From Zygnema circumcarinatum SAG 698-1b (Eukaryota > Plantae > Zygnematophyceae): a stretch of DNA of 64,000 nucleotides. A program made the position numbers and the translations under genes. Where the stretch lies: positions 3,506,880 to 3,570,879 of the forward strand of contig CM074810.1 of NCBI GenBank assembly GCA_037447605.1, in the 5' to 3' direction. Numbering within the stretch: the stretch's first letter is position 1; every line of letters begins with the position of its first letter. Shown here piece after piece: positions 55,562-64,000 of the stretch. A model generated the notes under the pieces. That model did not search any database. It was given only the letters and a program-made list of their open reading frames with translations, and was not told the DNA's origin.

Positions 55562-58107
55562 TCTCCCTCTCTCTCTCTCTCTTTCGGCCCTGTCTTCACC
55601 TCTCTCCACTCTCCTTGTCTATCCCCTTTCTTCTCCACCTCCTCTTTCCCTCCACTGCTCCCCTCTCCACTCTCCACATATCTCTTCCTCCCCTCCGTCC
55701 TTTCTATGACCTTTCCTCTTCCTTCTCTCTATCGATCTCTCGCTCCCTCCCGTCTCGCTCCATCTTTATCTCCCTCTCTGCTCCTCTCTCTTCTCTCTGT
55801 CTCCCCCACTCTCTTCGTCCATCCACTCTTTCTCCTCCCACACTCCCGCCCCCCTCTACCTTCCTCTCGCGCTCCCCCTCCCCCCTTTCACCCTCAACCA
55901 TCTTCCATCCCCTTCCCTCCCTTCTCATTCCCTCTCTCCTTCGCCCGCATCGCTCCCTCTCCCGTCCATCACCACGCTCCTCCCCCTCTCTCCCCTTCGC
56001 CCTTCCCCTTCCCGCTATCTTCCACTTCTCCGTTCCCCTCTCTCGGTATTCTCCCATTTCTCCCTTACCGATTACCTCCTCTCCCTCTCTCTCCCTCTCC
56101 CTCTCCCTCTNNNNNNNNNNCCCTCTCCCTCTCCCTCTCCCTCTCCCTCTCCCTCTCCCCCTCCCACTTCCCCACCACCTACTCCCTCTCCAATTCCACC
56201 CCCCCTCCTCCCTCCACCTCCACCTCTCTCTCTCCCTCCCCCTACCCCACTTCCTCTCCCTCTCCTTCCCCCCCTCTCCCTCTCCCCTTTTCACTCCCTC
56301 CCCCGCTCCCTCACTCTAACTTTCCCTACCCCCTGTCCCCTCTAAAGGACCTCCGAAAAAGTCAAGCCCTGACCTTCCCAGCATGTCACCTCCTCCAATG
56401 TACAATCGAAGGGAGGCAAACATGGTGCAACAAAGGACCCATGATGCCTGTACGGCCCATTAGAGCTTTGAATGCTTTGCTATTGTATCACGTTTATAAC
56501 AAAAGATTTGAGATAATTCGATGAATTTAAAGTTTAAACTGACCTTGCTGCCCTCCGGGAAGAAGAGGAGCTGTTTCCGATGAAGGTCCGATTCTGCATG
56601 TCCAAAAACAGAAAAACAATCTTACTGCAAGGAACAGCAAAACAATTAAAGTTGCAGCCGCATAAATCGGGGACAAAGCATAACAGTTTCAAAAAAAAAA
56701 AAATATGAAAGAAAATTACGGTATAAAAATAGTTTTATTTTGAGATCCGGCTGACTGCTCTTACACTCGATTTAAATGGCCTGAATAAGTAAAATTAGTT
56801 GGATAAAAATAACATTCAATCCTTTAATAAGCACATCAAGAAATAGTGAAAGAGTACGGGACTCGAGAGAGAGCTGAGTTAGGAGAAAGGGACAGTCTAC
56901 ATGCAGGAGGAGAAGAGAAAACGAGGAAGCGGAAGAGAGAGAGAGGAGGGAGAAAGGGAGAGACGGAGAGAAGAAAATGCGGAAGAGAGTGCAACAGAAA
57001 AAGGATAAAAGTGGAAGGAAACGAGAGGAGTGAGAGGAGAGAGAAATGGGAGAACAGAAAAAGAAAAAAGAGAGAGACAGATGAGAGGGTCAACGAGCGA
57101 AGAGAGAAGGGAGAGAACAGAAAAAAAAAAATGGAAGGAAAGAGGAAAGAGGAGAGCGAAAGAGAGAGAGGGAGAAGAGAGAGAACGAGGTGAGAGGACA
57201 CTTTGTCTCGCTCTCCAGTGAGGAAGAGCGAAGGAAATGCAGATGCAGGCATTTCAGATGGGTACAGTGAATACAGCCAAGCCTTCTCACCTAAATCTCC
57301 CAAATCATAAAACCTCTCAAGTTGAGCGCTTTGGACAAAGATATCTATCGCAGCTCCACAAAAAATCTTCAAAAATATTCGAAATTCTATGAAAGTTGAA
57401 TATCATACATGTGAACACCATACACTTTCAGTTTATTTAAGGAATATCTTTTGTATGCACTTGGCTTCCAAAAACACTGTAGTTGACCTAAGCAGCGGCG
57501 ATGGAGCGGTACAGCGGAAGTAGAGGAGGAAAGAGAGAGTGGGAGAGAGAGAGAGAGGGAGATTGAGCGAGAGAGGGAGAGAGAGAGAATTGGAGGGGAG
57601 GAACAAAAGGGACATAGAGAGGGGATAGGGAGAGGAAGGCAAAGAGGGAGACGGTGGAAGAGGGAGACAAACAGCTAAACAAAATAGGGAAGGAAAATGA
57701 GGGAAAGAGAGGAAGCGGGAGAGGGAAAGTGGGAGCACAGAGAGAGGAGAGAAGGAGTTAGGAGGAGAGAGAGAAATCAGGAGAGAGAGGCGAGAGTTGT
57801 AGTGGGCGAGAGAGAGGAGAGAGGGAGAGGGAGAGAGAGGAGAAGAGAGGCAGAGAGAGAGAGAGCGGAGGAGAGGGAGCACGTGAGGACGGGGCAAGCA
57901 CTCCCCCCTCATTGCAAGAGAGTCTGCGTCATTTAGAGGATGTAGGACGCGGTTCGTGTTCCATGAGCTCCAACAATTCCGTCAGGTTTCACGGAACTGA
58001 GAGCAGGGAGAGGCAGCGTACCCTCCCGAGGGCCGATCGAGCAGCGTGAAGTCAATGGAGGAGTATGCGTCCTGCGCCATGAAGTACTCTCCGCCATAGC
58101 TGTCCAT
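55432..58107 (-). other. Chain of short spliced exons upstream of the large protein (5' leader with uORFs, or coding N-terminus)
   Basis: AG/GT-bounded non-repetitive islands at 58107-58022 (MDSYGGEYFMAQDAYSSIDFTLLDRPSG), 57344-57291, 56593-56544, 56447-56374, 55501-55432. Confidence 0.45.
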
Positions 58108-59994
58108 CTCTCTCTCTCTCTCTCCCTCTCTCTCTCTCTCTATCTATCTCGCCCTGTCTCTCCCTCTCTCCCCCTACTCTGCCTCTCCTCTCTCCGTCCA
58201 CTTCCTGTCCCTTCCAGCTCTTTCCTCTCCCTCTCCCCCACTCCTCTCCCTCTCCCCCACTCCTCTCCCTCTCCCTCTCCCTCCCCCTCTCCCTCTCCCT
58301 CACATCCCCTCCCTCCCTCCGCGCCCTCCCCCTCGCCCCTTAATCGAAGGGCGGGAAAACTGCTAACTGGCGCCAATTGTGCTGGTGTTCGCGCCTCTAT
58401 GCGGCCCGTTCTCTTCCAGTTCCGTTTTAATAACTCGTATGGAACGGCCGTCCTGGTTACTGGGCAGCGTTCTCTCCATGTCGTGTCATGAAACAATTGC
58501 GAAACCTCCCAACGTTCACACTGACATGGACGGCAACAAATGGTTGTCACTTTTGTGCATGGGATTGCCAATCATTGGCCCTCCAGCCATTGGATGGTAA
58601 TTGTTAGGGGGGCAATGGTTGGCAATGGCAACTATTGCCATCCAATGCTCCCGATGGATGGCAATGGTTCGCAACGATTGAATGCAATGGTTCAAACTAT
58701 TGCCAATTGTTAGCAACGATTGAATCCAATAGCTTGTGCTTAGGTCCTTCGCGACCAGTTCCTCGTGGTTCCTTCAGCATGCTGCTTTTGTCCATGTACA
58801 TTTGATGGCCTCGCCATCGTGAATTCTATGACATTTTCCCTCCTTCAATAGCTCTAACTATCGGCAATTGTTAGCAATGATTCAATGGTTCCAACCACTG
58901 GCAGTTGTTACCAACCATTGAATCCAATGGTTCCATAAGGCGCCTTAGTGAAATGAGTATTTGGAAGATAAGTTTAGTCACAGACAAATTGAAGTGATAC
59001 CTTATGGTTTCAAGAAACTGCGTTCGCCAATTTTGAGTATTTCATTTTTAGAGTTTTCAACACTCGTGGTTTTCAGAATTTACACTCTCAATGACCGAAT
59101 TTGAAACTTCCTCAATTTTCCTTTTCAGATTGTTCCGGTTTGCACAGGGATCCTAGGTTTGAGCCCAGAGGCCAAAAAATGCTTTCACTTCCCGTTTTGT
59201 AAAAAAGATACATGAGTTATTCGGTTCGCCAACCATGAAAAAAAGGCAAGGGTCAGTCCCTATACAAATACGCAAATAGGACACGATAAGATGGAAAAAC
59301 TATTGCTAAAAAGATTATTCAACGAGCAAACTGGAACTGAAACTGAATTTACAACTGTAAGAAAGCTAGAGCCACTACCGAGTATTCGTACCTTGCAAGT
59401 GGCAATCTGTAGGATGTTAAGTGAGAGCCAGAGAGAGAAATGGGGAGGGGGGGTCTGCCAGGAAACAGTAGAGAGAGAGAGAGAGAGAGAAAGGGGGGGG
59501 GGAGGGAGAGAGAGGAAAAGAGAGAGAGAGAGGGGGAGAGAGAGAGAGAGTGAGAGAGAGAAAGAGAGAGAGAGACAGCGAGAGAACGTGGGCGAGAGGG
59601 GGAGAAGCCAGTGGGAGGGAACAGCAGGACAAGGTGACAGAGGTCTGCTGGAAGAGGAAGAATGAAAGAGGAGAAAAAGTGAATGTGCGTATATGCGTGA
59701 GAGAACTCGGAAGGCCACTAAACTGAGAAACGAAGCTCCTGCCTGTCCATGCTGTGTTGAGACCCCGTCTCTCACAGCAGCATGATCCCGCTCTCTTCGC
59801 TTGCGCTTGCTGCTCTCCACTAATCAGAGAAACAGAAAATCCACACCTTTTTCCTGTGATCGTTCAACGGAATTTGAACGGGGGCCGCACACGAATAGAA
59901 GGGGGGGGGGGGTCCGTTTCACCCAGACCTTATTTCATCATTATTTTTTCATGATAGTTATTTTTTCACCTTCACGGACGCGTGAGAGACTCCT

Positions 59995-61247
59995 TCACGG
60001 CAGGGCTCCCCAGTCAGTCATGGCTCCCGCAAGCATGGCAGCTCCCGCAGGGGGACTCATCTGCACCTGCTGTTGCAGGGGAGGAGTGAGCATGCCCACA
60101 CCTGCATGGAACGAAAACAAAAGTGGAAAAATAAATCAGGGAGTAAAGAGGGAGAGTGGGAGGGTTGGGGGGGGAGGGGGGGGGGGGGAAGAGAGGCGAG
60201 GGAGGGAGGAAATCATAAAATCAAAAGCAATAAACTCATCAACTCAAACACTCATAAACTAGAAGCTATACACTATACGACGATAAAAAATAAGACGATA
60301 AACCTAAAAACACACTCCCATGAACTATGACCTCATAGACAACAGTAGAACATTTCTCAGTGAGAATTCCTTTGTGAATAACGGTTTAGAGCACTTTCTT
60401 CTTTCCTTCATCAAGAGACGCGTTGCCCTCACAGTTTCAATATTGTATTGTGGTCACTGGGTGGTAGAGAAGGACTCAAAAGGCCGCAGTCAGTTGTGTC
60501 ACGAAGCAGATTAGGGGAAGGCAATGAGAAGGGGAGAAAGTTCTGCTGGGAGCCAAGGGCGGCAACCTGAAGAGAGAGTGATCGGCAGGGAAGGGCTAGC
60601 CAGCGGAACCCCAAAAAGAAGTGCGGCAGAGAGAGAGAGGAGAGGGGGAGAGATGAACTTTCAACGAGAGTGATACACAGACACCAATAGACGATGAGAG
60701 GAGCTGCTATAGAAGGAGTGGCGACAGGGGTTGAGAGAGAGGGAAGACGGTGAGAGAGAGAGAGTGTGTATCCAAATGAGGTAGCAACCACCTCACCTGG
60801 TGGCCCCAAGCCTCCTGCAAGTAGGCGGTGAAGGGGATAGGATTCGTGCTGCCCCCGCAACCCGCTAGTGTCGGGCAGGCTTGGCGTTCCCAGAGGAAGG
60901 GCCCCCAGAGAGGGCAGAAAGTTTGGCCGAGTGCTGCCTGTGGCTACGCGGCCTGTCTCCATTGCGACCCGAGGAAGCATTTGCTGTGGAAAGGAGGGCA
61001 CTGGAGGGAAGGGGAGGTCCTGCTGAAGGTGCGGAGCCTGCATTTGGTTGGGGCCCACCTTGGTCTGCCTTAGCTCGGCTTCTAGAACGAGTGGTAGGGC
61101 CAGGGGGTGTTGCTGCTGTTGCTGTTGCTGTTGATGCTGTTGCTGCTGTTGATGCTGCTGATGCTGGCGGAGGCGGAGCTGTTCTGATGGCAGCTTCATG
61201 AGGGCGACTTCTTGTTCTGGGAGGAGAGGAGTTTTTGGAAGGGGCTT

Positions 61248-61310
<63 letters not shown>

Positions 61311-61336
61311 CTGTTGATGTTGCTGTTGCTGCTGCA

Positions 61337-61367
<31 letters not shown>

Positions 61368-61628
61368 TTGCTGCTGCTTGGGGTTCTTGGAGGATTTTGG
61401 CTTTTGAGTTGCGGGTGCTCCTACGGGCGCGGATGGCAGGGTTGGTTTCGCCTCCAGGGGAGACTTCGTTTTTGACTTTGCCTTGTTGCCGCCCTTCACG
61501 TCTGCACTCAGATCTTGAGACTCCGACGGGAGTTTCCACTGGGGAGGAGGACTCGCGGGGGTCTCGGGAGGGGGATGAGTTTGGGGCACCACGGGATTCG
61601 CTCCCCTCTTCAACCGTGCTTTTGACTT
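59995..61628 (-). CDS. 3' exons of an unidentified Pro/Gln-rich (polyQ) protein
   Basis: Exon ~61628-60797 is open with polyQ tracts and ends at G|GTGAG; exon 60111-59995 is phase-compatible (VGMLTPPLQQQVQMSPPAGAAMLAGAMTDWGALP*). No domain recognised. Confidence 0.55.
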
Positions 61629-61744
61629 CTGCACACAAAGCAGTGGAGCCGCGTCAGCTAAAAATGCTTCAACAACTGCAGCAACAGCAGCAGTTTGCAG
61701 CGACGTTTATGTCTTTGTAACGACGATGAGCATCGTCATTGCAA

Positions 61745-62810
<1,066 letters not shown>

Positions 62811-63054
62811 TGAGGCAGGCAGGCGGCGGCGGCGGCGGCGGCGGCGGCAGGCGGCGGCGGCGGCGGCGGCGGCATAAGGCGGCGGCATAAGGCGGCGGCA
62901 TAAGGCGGGGCAAGGCGTAAGGTTAAGGGCGGGCAAGGGCGAAAAGGTTAAGGGCGGGCAAGGGTTAAGGGCAAGGGTAAGGTTAAAGGGCAAGGCGTTA
63001 AAGGCTAAGGCTATTATTATTATTGGCTACATATTATTATTATTATTATTGTTA

Positions 63055-63560
<506 letters not shown>

Positions 63561-64000
63561 TATATATATAAGGGTATAAGTATAAGGCAAGTATAAGGTG
63601 TTAAGTATAAGTATAAGTATAAGTATAAGTATAAGGCAAGTAAGGCAAGCAAGGAAAGTATAAGGGAAGGAAAAAAGGTTAAGGCGGCGTTGTCTATGCC
63701 GCTGTTCCACTTTAACGCGCCAACCGCCTACTGGCCATGCCACACAAGCGTTTTATGGATCGAAAATACCAATAATTGCACTTGCAGTTTCCGCCACTAA
63801 AAGAGACGATGGTCGAAAAACACGAACGATAAGGCAGAAAACTCAGAAAAATCTCAAAAGTCTTAATGCTTCAAATGCAAGGGAACGACTTGAAAGTCAG
63901 TATGTGCTGCAGGCCATTCAGGAAAACAGGCAGTATCACTCTAGAGCATGCATCCATACCCACACGAGTTCTATACTGACAATCTTTCCATTCATAGACT

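Overview
Eukaryotic nuclear DNA, most likely a streptophyte green alga: the neighbouring genes resemble land-plant genes, TTTAGGG-type repeats are present, and introns are GA/CT-rich. The assembly has many 10-N gaps and one 100-N gap. In order, the genes are: a DCD-domain/Kelch protein (+), ATG8 (+), the 3' part of mitochondrial-type GUF1/LepA (-, cut off at the 100-N gap), and an MSRA5-type methionine sulfoxide reductase (+). Next comes a ~17-kb accessory locus (25.5-42.7 kb), then a very large low-complexity protein with a conserved C-terminal block like the plant At5g07940/70/80 family (-), and the 3' exons of a polyQ protein (-). The standout is the accessory locus. It holds four intron-containing, signal-peptide-bearing PstS/DING-superfamily phosphate-binding protein genes, arranged as two head-to-head palindromes (A<- ->B, C<- ->D), plus a fifth decayed copy. 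The copies show patchwork identity consistent with gene conversion, an Ac/Ds-like hAT MITE sits in one promoter only, and a tandem array of MSA-like motifs lies in one spacer. Gene models and identities were read by eye; family assignments rest on recalled motifs, not database searches.
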